Positions 44,622-54,775 of a stretch of 64,000 nt of DNA are shown piece after piece. Below the pieces are notes generated by a model. It did not search any database, was not told the origin of the DNA, and saw only the letters and a program-made list of their open reading frames with translations. The first letter of the stretch is position 1; each line of letters begins with the position of its first letter. The DNA is taken from contig CAZEAP010000010.1 in the NCBI GenBank assembly GCA_964510315.1, positions 22,201-86,200 on the forward strand, read 5' to 3'. Origin of the DNA: an uncultured candidatus Brocadiaceae bacterium. GTDB lineage: Bacteria; Planctomycetota; Brocadiia; SM23-32. Both the position numbers and the translations under genes were made by a program.

Positions 44622-46220
44622 CTACCGGGCTCCGCGGAAGGCGTCTAACTCGAGTCCGGGGAATATGTCGTCCCGCCGCTCACAGTCCAGCAGTCCGCCC
44701 CGGTCCACCTCTCCGGACTCGACGTAGCCCAGAAGTCGGTGGAAACGCTCGAGCAGGCTCTTGAAACGACGCGAGGCGTAGTCCCCGGCCGTGCCGCAGG
44801 AAATCAGGAAGGGCCAGTCGCTGCTCTGGGCGAGCAAGAGCTGGCGAGCGGCCTGGTCCAGCGCCCTCCGGAGAAGGCCGTCGCGCCCGCCCCCGCGGGA
44901 GAGCTGCCTCAGCAGAAGCGTCTCGGCGCGGTGCAGGCGCGGATACATCCAGTCGTTGGAACCGTTGACCCACGCTTCGAAATAGCCCTGGTATCCCCAG
45001 CTCGACAGGTGCGGCCTCCCCTCCTGGACGGGACCGTTGCCTTCCACCTGTTGGGCGAGAAATTTCCCGGCGGAGACACAGGCGAGTTCCTCAGTGTCGG
45101 CCGTCCGGCGCAGCACCCGCTCCAGAAACCACATGCCCTCGAACCACCAGTGCCCGAACAGCTCCGCGTCGTAGGGCGCGACGATGGCGGGGCGTGTGCC
45201 CGTGGCGCGGCGGGCGCGGAGGACCTGGCTGACCCGCTGGTCGACGAACTCGTCGGCGTGGCGCAGGGCCTGCCGTCGGGCCTGTTGCGGATCATATGGC
45301 TCCTTCGAGTCCAGGGGCACGTCCCCGGTGACCCGATGGTATTTCAGACCCAGGTATGCCCTCTCCCCTTCGGCGGGAAGATAGGGGGCCACGTGCTCCC
45401 AATCCGCGTCGAACCCGAGGTCCCGGTAGAACTCCCGGTAGTCCGGATGGCCCGGGTATCCCTCGTCGGCGCTCCAGACCTGACGTGAGGACTCCACGTC
45501 CCGGCCGAACGCGAACACACCCTCAGGGGTCTTCAGGGGTGCGAAAACGCCCAGGGGCGGCCGGGGCTCGGCCAGCAGCAGCCCGTGGGTGTCCAGAAAG
45601 AAATACTCGATGCCGCGTGCTGCGAGAAGCTCCTCCAGCCCGGGCCGGTAGGCACACTCGGGCAGCCAGAAGCCGGCCGGGCGAGAGCCGAAGTGCTTTC
45701 GGTGGTTGCACAGCCCCACCTCGACCTGAGCGGCCCTGCAGCGAGCGGTATCCACCAGGGGGAGAAGCGCGTGGGTGGCGGCCGAACCGATCAGCTCCAG
45801 ATGGCCGGAGTCCCCCAGATCGGCGAAAGCCGGGAGGATCTGGCGATCCAGCTCTTCCGCGTAGGTGCGTCGGACGGTGCGGTAGTGTTCGGCGTAGAGT
45901 TCGGCGGCGGCCCCAAATGGGCCTCCCGTCTTTCGGATGACTTCCTTCTCGGCCAACTCGACGTGCTGGTCCAGGTAGCGCCCGCAACGCCGCCGCAGCA
46001 GCTTGTTGCCCATCATCTCGCAGAGGGTGGGGCTGAGAGAGAGGGTAAGCTGGAAGCTGACGCCCTCGTCTCGAAGCCGCCGGAGCATCCGAAGCAGGGG
46101 AAGGTAGGTCTCAGCGACCGCCTCGTAGAACCAATTTTCCTCGAGGAAATGCTCGTGTTCGGGGTGACGGACGTATGGCAGATGGCAGTGCAGAACGGGT
46201 ATGAAGAAACCCGGGGGCAT
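44622..46220 (-). CDS. GH57 family alpha-glucan branching enzyme-like protein (GH57 + DUF1957)
   Basis: GH57 N-terminus FIPVLHCHLPYVRHPEHEHFLEENWFYEA, catalytic region LPECAYRPG ... FGHWW. Confidence 0.8.
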   Translation of the reverse strand: MPPGFFIPVLHCHLPYVRHPEHEHFLEENWFYEAVAETYLPLLRMLRRLRDEGVSFQLTLSLSPTLCEMMGNKLLRRRCGRYLDQHVELAEKEVIRKTGGPFGAAAELYAEHYRTVRRTYAEELDRQILPAFADLGDSGHLELIGSAATHALLPLVDTARCRAAQVEVGLCNHRKHFGSRPAGFWLPECAYRPGLEELLAARGIEYFFLDTHGLLLAEPRPPLGVFAPLKTPEGVFAFGRDVESSRQVWSADEGYPGHPDYREFYRDLGFDADWEHVAPYLPAEGERAYLGLKYHRVTGDVPLDSKEPYDPQQARRQALRHADEFVDQRVSQVLRARRATGTRPAIVAPYDAELFGHWWFEGMWFLERVLRRTADTEELACVSAGKFLAQQVEGNGPVQEGRPHLSSWGYQGYFEAWVNGSNDWMYPRLHRAETLLLRQLSRGGGRDGLLRRALDQAARQLLLAQSSDWPFLISCGTAGDYASRRFKSLLERFHRLLGYVESGEVDRGGLLDCERRDDIFPGLELDAFRGAR

Positions 46221-46233
46221 AGGTTGCCTCCGC

Positions 46234-46746
46234 TCAGTTCTCCTCTTCCGCCGGGGGTCCGCCCGGCGAGGTGGCGAGGAACGGGACAGTGGTCTCGTAG
46301 CGGAGGCCGGGGAGTATCTGATCCGGCTGCGTGGGGCGGAGTCTTTCCGGGCCCGGCTCCGGGCGTCCGGCTTCTGTCACACCCGCGGACGGCACCTCAA
46401 TCCGACCCGTCCGGCACACGGTCCGCCACTTTTCCCCCCGTCGGGCAGCCAGCTCGAAGCCGTACGTCCGCCCGGGCTGCACTTCCACGTAGTGATTGCC
46501 GGCTTTCACTTCCACGGGGATTTCCGTGCTGGTAGCGGCGGCGATGTTGAGGACCCGGAGCACCCACTCGCTTGCCGGGCCCAGCTCTTCCTCCACACGG
46601 CGGCTGCGCGGACCGTCCAGGGTCCAGTAGACGTAGACGGTCCTGGGGTCGCGGAGGACGGCCCCCAGCCGGTCACGTTCGGGAGTGGCCGCGGGCTTTC
46701 CCTCGATTGGGCGCCGCTCACCGCCGTTTTCGACCGGTTTCTCCAC
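46234..46746 (-). CDS. DUF4912-like protein (glycogen-cluster associated)
   Basis: TVYVYWTL motif; position between GH57 and glgC, as is typical for DUF4912. Confidence 0.5.
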   Translation of the reverse strand: MEKPVENGGERRPIEGKPAATPERDRLGAVLRDPRTVYVYWTLDGPRSRRVEEELGPASEWVLRVLNIAAATSTEIPVEVKAGNHYVEVQPGRTYGFELAARRGEKWRTVCRTGRIEVPSAGVTEAGRPEPGPERLRPTQPDQILPGLRYETTVPFLATSPGGPPAEEEN

Positions 46747-46764
46747 GTCGGCCCTCCCAACTCT

Positions 46765-47994
46765 TCACGGATTCGGAAAAGGCATGCCTTTCGGCACCAC
46801 GACCACGCCGCCCTCGCTGATGGTGAAGTGGTGGCGGTCGCGTTCGTGGTCCACGCCCAACCGGGCGTTGTCGGGAATGGTGTTGTACTTGTCGACAATG
46901 GCTTTCCTGATGGTGACGTTCCGTCCCACCGTGGCCTCATTCAAGATGATGGACTCCTCGATCCGGCTGCCGACCTCGACGTGAACGTCGGGGCCGATGA
47001 TAGAGTCGGTCACCCGGGCCCCGCTGACGATGGCTCCCGATCCCAGCAGTGAGTTGTAGACCTCCGCACGGGGGGCCTCCCCGCCGTCTCCTCCGAAGAC
47101 CACCTTGGCGGGGGCGCGGCTCTGTGCGTAGCTCCTGATTCGCCAATCGTCATCGTAGAGGTTGAAGGCCGGCTGGACCCTGACCAGGTCCATGTTGGCG
47201 TCCCAGTAAGCGTCCAGGGTCCCGATGTCCCGCCAGTATTCCCCCTCGTAGCGATGGCCGAGGACTCCGTCCCCGCCGGCGATCATGGCGGGCAGCACGT
47301 CCCGGGCGAAATCGTGGGAGCTGTCGGTTTTGGCGTCCTCGATGACACGCCGGACCAGCGTTTCGGTCTTGAACGCGTAGATGCCCATGGAGCAGAGGCA
47401 GCGGCCGGGTTTACCCGGGAGGGGTTCGGGCTCTTCGGGTTTTTCCTGCAGGTCCTCCAGATGCATTTCCTCGTCCAGGGCCACAACGCCGAGGCGCCCC
47501 CGAGCCTGCTCGAGGCGCCTTTCGATGCAGGCGACCGTCGCGTCCGCGTCGGCGTTGTGATGCGCCAGCAGCATCTGTCCGTAATCCATCCGGTAGATGT
47601 GGTCGCCGCTGAGCACCAGGACGCACTCGGGGCGCTCGCCCTCCAGGGTGTAGATGTTTTGATAGATGGCGTGAGCGGTGCCCAGGTACCAGTCGGAATT
47701 CACCCTGCGCTGAGGCGGCCGTATCTCGATGTATTCTCCGAGAATGGGATTAAAGATGTTCCACCCCAGGCGGACGTGCCGATTCAGCGAATCGCTCTTG
47801 TATTGGGTCAGGACGTGGATGCGCCGCAGGCCGCTGTTGAGGCAGTTGCTGAGGGTGAAGTCGATAAGCCGGTAGGCGCCGCCGAAGGGCACGGCCGGTT
47901 TGGCCCTGTCCCTGGTGAGCGGATAGAGACGCTCGCCCTGTCCTCCGGCCAGCACCATGACGATGGTGTTTTTCAGCAGATCGGAGCGGTCCAT
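46765..47994 (-). CDS. glgC: Glucose-1-phosphate adenylyltransferase
   Basis: MVLAGGQGERLYPLTRDRAKPAVPFGGAYRLIDF and a C-terminal beta-helix. ATG at 47994 preferred; 48048 is possible. Confidence 0.85.
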   Translation of the reverse strand: MDRSDLLKNTIVMVLAGGQGERLYPLTRDRAKPAVPFGGAYRLIDFTLSNCLNSGLRRIHVLTQYKSDSLNRHVRLGWNIFNPILGEYIEIRPPQRRVNSDWYLGTAHAIYQNIYTLEGERPECVLVLSGDHIYRMDYGQMLLAHHNADADATVACIERRLEQARGRLGVVALDEEMHLEDLQEKPEEPEPLPGKPGRCLCSMGIYAFKTETLVRRVIEDAKTDSSHDFARDVLPAMIAGGDGVLGHRYEGEYWRDIGTLDAYWDANMDLVRVQPAFNLYDDDWRIRSYAQSRAPAKVVFGGDGGEAPRAEVYNSLLGSGAIVSGARVTDSIIGPDVHVEVGSRIEESIILNEATVGRNVTIRKAIVDKYNTIPDNARLGVDHERDRHHFTISEGGVVVVPKGMPFPNP

Positions 47995-48004
47995 TGCGGG
48001 GCGT

Positions 48005-48376
48005 TCAATTCTCCGGGGCTTGTTTGCTGAGGGTTTCCTCCACGGCATCCTTCAGGGGGCCGAGGTCGGCCGACTTCAGCACGTAGGCTTCCGCCGCCCA
48101 GCTCATGAATTTGTCCTGGTATTCGCTGTAGCCGGTGTTGATGATCACGGGGATGTCTTTGTTCTCCCCCAGTATCTTTGACATCGACTCGAGACCGTCC
48201 ATTTTCTCCGGCAGGTTGATGTCCATGATCACCAGGTCCGGGCAGTGTGTCCTGGCCATCTCAATGGCCGTCTGCCCGTCGCCGGTGCACAGGACCTCGT
48301 GCCCCTCGGTCTCCAATTCCTGCCGGTAGAGCAACTGCAGGTGTTCTTCGTCTTCCACAAGGAGAATCTTAGCCAT
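48005..48376 (-). CDS. Single-domain response regulator (CheY-like receiver)
   Basis: MAKILLVEDEE...DLVIMDINLP...K motifs. The start ATG overlaps the upstream kinase stop (ATGGCTAA). Confidence 0.85.
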   Translation of the reverse strand: MAKILLVEDEEHLQLLYRQELETEGHEVLCTGDGQTAIEMARTHCPDLVIMDINLPEKMDGLESMSKILGENKDIPVIINTGYSEYQDKFMSWAAEAYVLKSADLGPLKDAVEETLSKQAPEN

Positions 48377-51300
48377 CTGAGCCCCCTTCGTTTTCGGGAT
48401 TTCCCGTCTCCAACGAGACCGTAAAGCGCGAGCCCGTCCCAAGTTCACTCTCGGCACGGATGTCGCCTCCGTGCTGCCTCACGATGCGCCGTGAAACGCT
48501 CAGCCCCAGTCCGACGCCGGCAATTTTCGTGGTGAAGAACGGGCTGAACAGATTTTCCGCTACTTCCTCGGGCATACCGCCCCCGGTGTCGGCGATGCGG
48601 AGGACGGCCGTTCCGTCCTCCATGCCGGTCTCCACCGACAGTACGCCCTCCTCTTTGCCCTCCATTGCTTCTATGCCGTTTTTGAACAGGTTGACGATGA
48701 CCTGTTTGATCATCTCCGGATCGGCCTTGATGGGCTGGAGGTCTTCCTGCAAGGACCACCTTGTGGTGATGTTGTTCTCTTCGAACTGTTCCCTGTATTG
48801 TTCCGCCGTGCTGCGCACCAGTTCGTTGAGGGAGATGAGTTTCTTGTTCGGCCGCAGCGGCCGGGTGTAGTCGAGAACGTTGACCAGGGTGCGTTCCAGC
48901 CGGCGGGCCTCTTCGTAGATGATGGTGGCGTTCTCGTGCGTCTTGGAGCCCTCTTCGTGCCGACGGGCGATGGAGGCGGCGAAACCTCCGATGGTGGTCA
49001 ACGGGTTGCGAATCTCGTGGGCCAGGTGCCCGGCCATCCGGCCGACGCTGGCCATGCGTTCGGCCTCTATCAGCTTGTCGCGCGTGCGGCGCAGCTCCGC
49101 AAGCTGGGTGCGGATCTGTTCGTAGGCCAGCGCGTTGGAGATGGCCAGGGAAGCCTGCCTGGAGAACATCTCCAGAAGCTCAACCTGGTAGCGATAGATG
49201 CCCGAGCCGCTGAACTTGTTGTCGACCAGCATCACGCCCAGGGACTCGTCCCTCACCGCCAGGGGCGCGCACACGAACTCCTCCAGCCCGAGGGTTTCCG
49301 CCAGTTCCTTGCCGAGGTGGGGGTCCGAGCGGGCATCCCCCACGTGGGCGGCGGTGCGGCTGTTCAGGGTGCTGATCAGCGGGCTGTCGGTGCGGTCGGT
49401 GGGGACCCGCAGCGAAGCGAGGCGTTCGGTCAATTCCCGATCGCTCTCGGAGGGCTCCGTGCTGTCCCCCAGTTGGTCTATCGTCTGGTCTTCACCCGCC
49501 ATGCCGCCCCAGATGCGCCTGGCGTCCTCCGCGGAGAGCGGTCCGACGGCCATGCGGCCCTCCAGGTAGTCGCCGTCTGCATCGAGGAGGAAGATGAAAG
49601 CCCGGTTGAACCCGATGGCGTGTCCGGCCGTCACGCAGGTCAAAACCACGTGGAGGACTCTGTCGAGGTCCAGGGAGGTCTCGACCTGCTCGGTGAGTTT
49701 GCCGATCAGCCTCATCTGCTCGTTCCGGCGGCGCTGCTCGGTGATGTCGAGGTTCAGCAGGATCAGGCGTGTTTCCCCGTAGCGGAGCGGGGTGAATATC
49801 TGCTGGTAACAGTGCCATCGCCCCTCGGAATCGGTGAATTCGTAGTTGTGGCTCTGAGGCCGGCCGGACATGGCGGCTTCCATCGCGGGACAGATGTCTT
49901 CGGCTTCCCGGCCGCAGAGGTAGACCTCATGGCACTTCTTGCCCTTCCAATCCGCGCCCAGCTCGAACCAGTCCCTGACGGTGGCGTTGACCCACTGGAG
50001 TCTGCCGTCGGCGTCGAAAAGGGCCAGTCCGGCCCCCATGGCGTCCACCACGAGTTGGAGCATGTCCCGTTCGCGGCGGAGCTGCTGTTCGGCCTGCTTC
50101 TGCTCGGTGACGTCCACCAGGTAGGAGGTGAACCCGATATGCCTATCGCGTTCGTCGTAGAGGGGGACCCGGGTTTCTTTGATGGTTCGGAGGGTTCCGT
50201 CGTTGCGCCTCCACGCGCGCTCGTGAGTGACAAATCCCTCCCGGAGGCACTCCTCCAACATGGCCTGCACGTCGTAGGACTCTTCGGCGAAGTCGGCGGG
50301 GGTTGCCTTGCCCACCACCTCCTCGGCGCTGTAGCCCAGCATGTCTTCGCAACTGGGGCTCCAGTGCGTGTAAACCCCGCGCGTGTCGACGCTGGTGATT
50401 CCGACGGCGGTGCTGCGAATGATATTGGCCAGTTGGCGGTGGGCCCGCTCGATCTCGTACCGGTCGCGCACCCGCTGGTCGATCATGCGGACGTTCTGAA
50501 GCGCCACCCCGATGTGAGGGGCCACGTGCTGCACGGCCGCCAGTTCGCTCTGCGGGAAGTCCTCCTCCCGGTCGGACAGGATGTGGATTACCCCGATCGT
50601 CTCCCCCGCTCCCCGGACGGGGACGGCCAGTTCGGTGCGGACGCGGTATTCCTCGTCGAAGGCAACAAGCCGGCGGGAGTCCTCCTCCAGGTCGGTTGCG
50701 CGAATCGTCTCCCCGGTCTCGGCGCAGATGCCGATGAATCCCTCACCGAGTTTCTGTCGGTAGTCCTCCGGCCGGTAGGTTCTCTCCCGGCCGGCCTCCG
50801 CGACCAGCTCGCACTCTTCGGTCTCCCGGTTGACCAAAAACAGCGAGACGTCGAAGTAGTCGCGGAAGCTCCGCAGGGCTTCGGCCACGCCCTGGAGGAG
50901 CGCCTCGCGGCTGGGGAGTTCCAGCAGGGACCGCCCGATGCGCGCGATGACTTCGGACTCGCTCAGGCGTCTGTGGGTCAGCTCCAGCCGTCCCGTTCGG
51001 TCCAGCGCCAGCGCGCAGACACCGGCCAGGCCGCTGAGCTTCGCCTCGTCGGATGCCTTGAGGGCGCCCGGCTTCGTGCCGTAGATAAGGAGCGCGCCGA
51101 CCACCTTATCCCGCGCGATGAGGGGCTGGCAGGCAAGGCTTCGGGCGCCGGCCTTGCGGAGTTCTTCGGAGTTGACCACCTGCGGGTCCGCGGTGACGTC
51201 CGGGCATATGTACGCCTCCCGCCGCCGGCGGACCTGGTCCAGCAGGCTTATCCGGCCGCCGGCTTCCTGTTCCTGTCCCGTCAGGTACTGCCGTCTCTCG

Positions 51301-51977
51301 CGGACGCGCGGTATGGGCACATCCGGTCCTTCGATAATGTCCCGAGTGCTCCCCTGGAGGTGTTCGTAGAGCCGCCAGTGGCAGGTCAGCAGGTCCCAGA
51401 CCTGCCCGAGTTTCTCAGTGGCGATTCGGCATACGGCAGCGGGTGTCTGGGCGTAAGCCACGGCGCTTTCCAGGTCCCAGGCGCTGAATATCTCCTGGAG
51501 GCGGTCGCGCGCGGCGGCGCTGTCGGCGGCCCCGCCGACCTCATAGAGGTCGGCGCTCTTGCGCAGCACACCTTCGATGGTCTCTGCGAGTGTCCGAGAG
51601 ATGCGAAAGGCCTCCAGTTCAAGGGGGACGTTCTCAAAGACGATCTGACGACCCACGCCCTTCAGTTCCAGCAGCACGTAGGCGATGTCGGCCAGGCGCA
51701 CGTCATACTGGCGGCCCTCCCGGATCAGCTCGTACAGGTTCGCGACGCCGGCCTCTCCGCCTTTCCCTTCCAGCCAACCGGCCAGCAACTCGATGAACTC
51801 CCCTGCGCGTTCTCGAAGCGCGGGGGCCTCCCCGACCTCCGTGGCTCCCTTCTCGCGAGCCAGCAGCGAAATCCTCTCCATCCAGCGCCGGAGCACCTCT
51901 TCGCGGTGCTTGCGCAGTATCTCGGCCGCCGCCGCCCGTTCCCGCGTTGTTTGCACTGGCTCTTCCACGTTACTCAC
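48369..51977 (-). CDS. Multi-sensor (GAF/PAS) histidine kinase
   Basis: 1202 aa with several PAS/GAF modules, HisKA (GHLAHEIRNPL) and a C-terminal HATPase_c (GGGMPEE...GVGLGLS). Confidence 0.85.
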   Translation of the reverse strand: MSNVEEPVQTTRERAAAAEILRKHREEVLRRWMERISLLAREKGATEVGEAPALRERAGEFIELLAGWLEGKGGEAGVANLYELIREGRQYDVRLADIAYVLLELKGVGRQIVFENVPLELEAFRISRTLAETIEGVLRKSADLYEVGGAADSAAARDRLQEIFSAWDLESAVAYAQTPAAVCRIATEKLGQVWDLLTCHWRLYEHLQGSTRDIIEGPDVPIPRVRERRQYLTGQEQEAGGRISLLDQVRRRREAYICPDVTADPQVVNSEELRKAGARSLACQPLIARDKVVGALLIYGTKPGALKASDEAKLSGLAGVCALALDRTGRLELTHRRLSESEVIARIGRSLLELPSREALLQGVAEALRSFRDYFDVSLFLVNRETEECELVAEAGRERTYRPEDYRQKLGEGFIGICAETGETIRATDLEEDSRRLVAFDEEYRVRTELAVPVRGAGETIGVIHILSDREEDFPQSELAAVQHVAPHIGVALQNVRMIDQRVRDRYEIERAHRQLANIIRSTAVGITSVDTRGVYTHWSPSCEDMLGYSAEEVVGKATPADFAEESYDVQAMLEECLREGFVTHERAWRRNDGTLRTIKETRVPLYDERDRHIGFTSYLVDVTEQKQAEQQLRRERDMLQLVVDAMGAGLALFDADGRLQWVNATVRDWFELGADWKGKKCHEVYLCGREAEDICPAMEAAMSGRPQSHNYEFTDSEGRWHCYQQIFTPLRYGETRLILLNLDITEQRRRNEQMRLIGKLTEQVETSLDLDRVLHVVLTCVTAGHAIGFNRAFIFLLDADGDYLEGRMAVGPLSAEDARRIWGGMAGEDQTIDQLGDSTEPSESDRELTERLASLRVPTDRTDSPLISTLNSRTAAHVGDARSDPHLGKELAETLGLEEFVCAPLAVRDESLGVMLVDNKFSGSGIYRYQVELLEMFSRQASLAISNALAYEQIRTQLAELRRTRDKLIEAERMASVGRMAGHLAHEIRNPLTTIGGFAASIARRHEEGSKTHENATIIYEEARRLERTLVNVLDYTRPLRPNKKLISLNELVRSTAEQYREQFEENNITTRWSLQEDLQPIKADPEMIKQVIVNLFKNGIEAMEGKEEGVLSVETGMEDGTAVLRIADTGGGMPEEVAENLFSPFFTTKIAGVGLGLSVSRRIVRQHGGDIRAESELGTGSRFTVSLETGNPENEGGSDG

Positions 51978-53469
51978 CTGCCTCCGGCGAAGCGGCCTTT
52001 CGCAGCGCCGCCTGATAGACTTTTCGATATTCCCGAGCGCTCCGTTTCCACGACCACTCCTGCCGCATGCCGTTTCGCACGAGAGTCCGCCACTTCTTCG
52101 GCTGCTCGAACAGCTTCAGCGCCCGCCGCACGCCGGTCAGAAGCGCGTCGGGGGAATACTCCTGGAACACGAACCCGTTGGCTTCTCCCGACTCCAGCCC
52201 CTCCGGGGTGAAGTCGCTGATGGTGTCTGCCAGCCCCCCGGTGGCACGGACGATGGGCACGGTGCCGTAGCGGAGGCTGTAGAGCTGATTCAGCCCGCAC
52301 GGCTCGAACTTGCTGGGCATGAGAAACATGTCCGCACCCGCTTCGATTCTGTGAGCCGCCTCGTTGTCGTAATCCAGCAACAGGCCCAGCCGGTCGGGCC
52401 ACTCTCGTTGCGCCCGCTGCAGGAGTTCGTGGTATTTGGGGTCGCCCTGCCCCAGCAGGACCAACTGCAGGTCCAGCCTCATCAGGTCGTCCAAAGCTTC
52501 CCCGAGCAGGTCCAACCCTTTCTGCTCGACCAATCGGCAGATCATCCCGATCACGGGGATATCTTCCCTCGCGGGGAGGCCAAACTCGCCCTGCAGTGCG
52601 CCCCTGCACTCCGCCTTGCCCGTGAGGTCGTCGGCGGAATACTGGGCCGGGATGCGCTGGTCGGTCTCCGGGTTCCACTCCTTCTGGTCGATCCCGTTGA
52701 CTATGCCGTAAAGGTCGTCCGATCTCTCCCGGAGAACGCCCTCCATCCCTCGCCCGTGCTCCTCGGTCTGGATCTCGTGCGCGTATTCCTTGCTGACCGT
52801 CGTCAGCACGTCCGCCCCGACCAGACCCGCCTTCAGGAACGAAAGGTTGCCGTAGTACTCCAGCATCTTCCAGTTGAACAGGCTCCAGGGCAGCCCGGCC
52901 AGCTTCATGTCCCAGTGCCAGAACAAACCCTGGTAAGCGATGTTGTGGATGGTGAAGACATTGGCCGTCTCGGGGAAGTCGGCCCGATAAACGTATTCGA
53001 CGTAGATCGACACGAGCCCGCTGTGCCAATCGTGGCTGTGAAAGATGTCCGGCCGAATTCCGAGCGCCTTGCAGGCTTCCAGCGCCCCCCGCGCGAGGAA
53101 GATGAAACGCTCGCTGTTGTCCTGGTAGTCGGTGTGGTCGTCGGACCTGGTGTAGTAACCGTCGCGATCGTAGTAGCGGTCGTTCTGCAGGAAGTAGACG
53201 GCAACCCGGGAGTCCGGCAGAGCGGAGCGCCACAGCCGGCCGGCCTCCACCATGTCTCCGATAGGGACCTCGAAATCTCCATCCTCCACGGGGCGGAGGG
53301 GCTGTCCGATGCGTTCGCCCTCCTCGCGCACCCCCCGGTAGAGAGGGCTGATCACACAGACCTCCTCTCCCAACTCGGCGAGGGCCGGGGGCAGTGAGCC
53401 CAGCACGTCCGCCAGGCCACCTTCCTTGGAGAACGGGGCTACCTCCGAAGCCACCATTACGATCTGCAT
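51970..53469 (-). CDS. glgA: Glycogen synthase
   Basis: MQIVMVASEVAPFSKEGGLADV N-terminus and GT5 C-terminal motifs. ATG at 53469 with GGGAG RBS. The stop overlaps the kinase start by 8 nt. Confidence 0.85.
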   Translation of the reverse strand: MQIVMVASEVAPFSKEGGLADVLGSLPPALAELGEEVCVISPLYRGVREEGERIGQPLRPVEDGDFEVPIGDMVEAGRLWRSALPDSRVAVYFLQNDRYYDRDGYYTRSDDHTDYQDNSERFIFLARGALEACKALGIRPDIFHSHDWHSGLVSIYVEYVYRADFPETANVFTIHNIAYQGLFWHWDMKLAGLPWSLFNWKMLEYYGNLSFLKAGLVGADVLTTVSKEYAHEIQTEEHGRGMEGVLRERSDDLYGIVNGIDQKEWNPETDQRIPAQYSADDLTGKAECRGALQGEFGLPAREDIPVIGMICRLVEQKGLDLLGEALDDLMRLDLQLVLLGQGDPKYHELLQRAQREWPDRLGLLLDYDNEAAHRIEAGADMFLMPSKFEPCGLNQLYSLRYGTVPIVRATGGLADTISDFTPEGLESGEANGFVFQEYSPDALLTGVRRALKLFEQPKKWRTLVRNGMRQEWSWKRSAREYRKVYQAALRKAASPEAGE

Positions 53470-53548
53470 GCAATTCACTCCCACTCTGAGCAAGTTCGAC
53501 AGCGCTTCTGTCAATCCTGCACGCCGATCCGCGTTGCGTTTCCGGACC

Positions 53549-54670
53549 TCAGCTTTGCTCCGAACCGCCGGAGGCGGGCGCAGAGCTGATCTGCGCCCGC
53601 ACTTGCCGTTCCGAAACCGCGCGCAGGTGTTCGGCGGCGGTTTCCGGCTCCATCGGATTTATGTAGAACCCGGTGCCCCACTCGAAACCGGCCACGTGGG
53701 TGACGCGGGGGATCACTTCGATGTGCCAGTGATAGTTCTCCGCCTCTTCGTGGTCCACCGGTGCCGTGTGAATGGCGAAGTTAAACGGCGGGCCCTTCAA
53801 GCAGACATCCAGCCGGGCCAGGGCCTCGTGGAGCACCGCCGCCAGCGACTGCATCTGTTCGGGGCCAAGGTCCTGAAAGTGCTGAGAGTGTTCGGTGGGC
53901 AGAATACACATCTCGAACGGGAAACGGGCGGCATAGGTGCTGATAACCACGAAACCTTCACGGTCGATCACCATTCGCCGGCCGTGCTGTTTTTCCCTCT
54001 CGATGATGCTGCAGAACAGGCAACGCGAGTTCTGCCGGTAAAACTCCGCACAACCGCGCAGCTCCTCGGCCACCCGCTTCGGGAGGACCGGCACGGCAAT
54101 CAATTGCGAATGTGCGTGCTCGATGCTGGCCCCGGCCCGGACGCCCACGTTCTTGAAGACCAGCACGTAGGAAACCCCATCGTCCCGGCTGAGCACCCTG
54201 GAGCGTTCGCACCAGGCCCTCACGACCAGCGCCAGGTCCTCCGGCGTCATCTCCGTGGGGCTGACAAGGTGTCGCGGAGACTCGATCACGACTTCGTGGG
54301 CCCCGTGGCCGCCGACCGATCGATAGAGCCCGTCTCCGCCGCTGGTCACTTCGCTGTCCATTTCCAGCGCCGGGAACCGGTTGGGCACCACCCGCACCTG
54401 CCAGCCGGGGGTGTCGGGGGCCGTATCCGCCGGCCGAACCGCCATGACCTCCGGAGGGGTCCTGTCCTCATTACCTTCGCAAAACGGACAGAATCCCCCC
54501 TTGCCGGTCCCACGCGGCACGTAGAAATCATGGGGTCGCGCCGCGCGCTCCACAGCGATGATCACCCACCGGCCAGAGGCCGGATCCTGTCGAAGCTCCG
54601 CCATGCCTTGCCCCGTAAGCAACTCTGCCGAAGGATCACGGGATTCCTGTGCAGGCCCAGCAGATTGCAT
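53549..54670 (-). CDS. galT: Galactose-1-phosphate uridylyltransferase (HIT superfamily)
   Basis: CPFCEGNE zinc motif and HxHxQ-type HIT motif (EHAHSQLIA). Start uncertain (54670 or 54604). Confidence 0.75.
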   Translation of the reverse strand: MQSAGPAQESRDPSAELLTGQGMAELRQDPASGRWVIIAVERAARPHDFYVPRGTGKGGFCPFCEGNEDRTPPEVMAVRPADTAPDTPGWQVRVVPNRFPALEMDSEVTSGGDGLYRSVGGHGAHEVVIESPRHLVSPTEMTPEDLALVVRAWCERSRVLSRDDGVSYVLVFKNVGVRAGASIEHAHSQLIAVPVLPKRVAEELRGCAEFYRQNSRCLFCSIIEREKQHGRRMVIDREGFVVISTYAARFPFEMCILPTEHSQHFQDLGPEQMQSLAAVLHEALARLDVCLKGPPFNFAIHTAPVDHEEAENYHWHIEVIPRVTHVAGFEWGTGFYINPMEPETAAEHLRAVSERQVRAQISSAPASGGSEQS

Positions 54671-54775
54671 TATAATGTGTCGCTCTCATCCCGGCAACAT
54701 GCCCACGGCTCCGGCATCGCTGGAGTCGGTCGCTCCCGGTTCCGGCGCCGGAAGGGAGGCTCGCGGACTACGGCC

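Noticed and set aside
51974-53473. 499-aa alternative-frame ORF overlapping glgA
   Set aside because: Arg/Gly/Pro-rich frame artefact; the glgA frame (51970..53469) has clear GT5 motifs.
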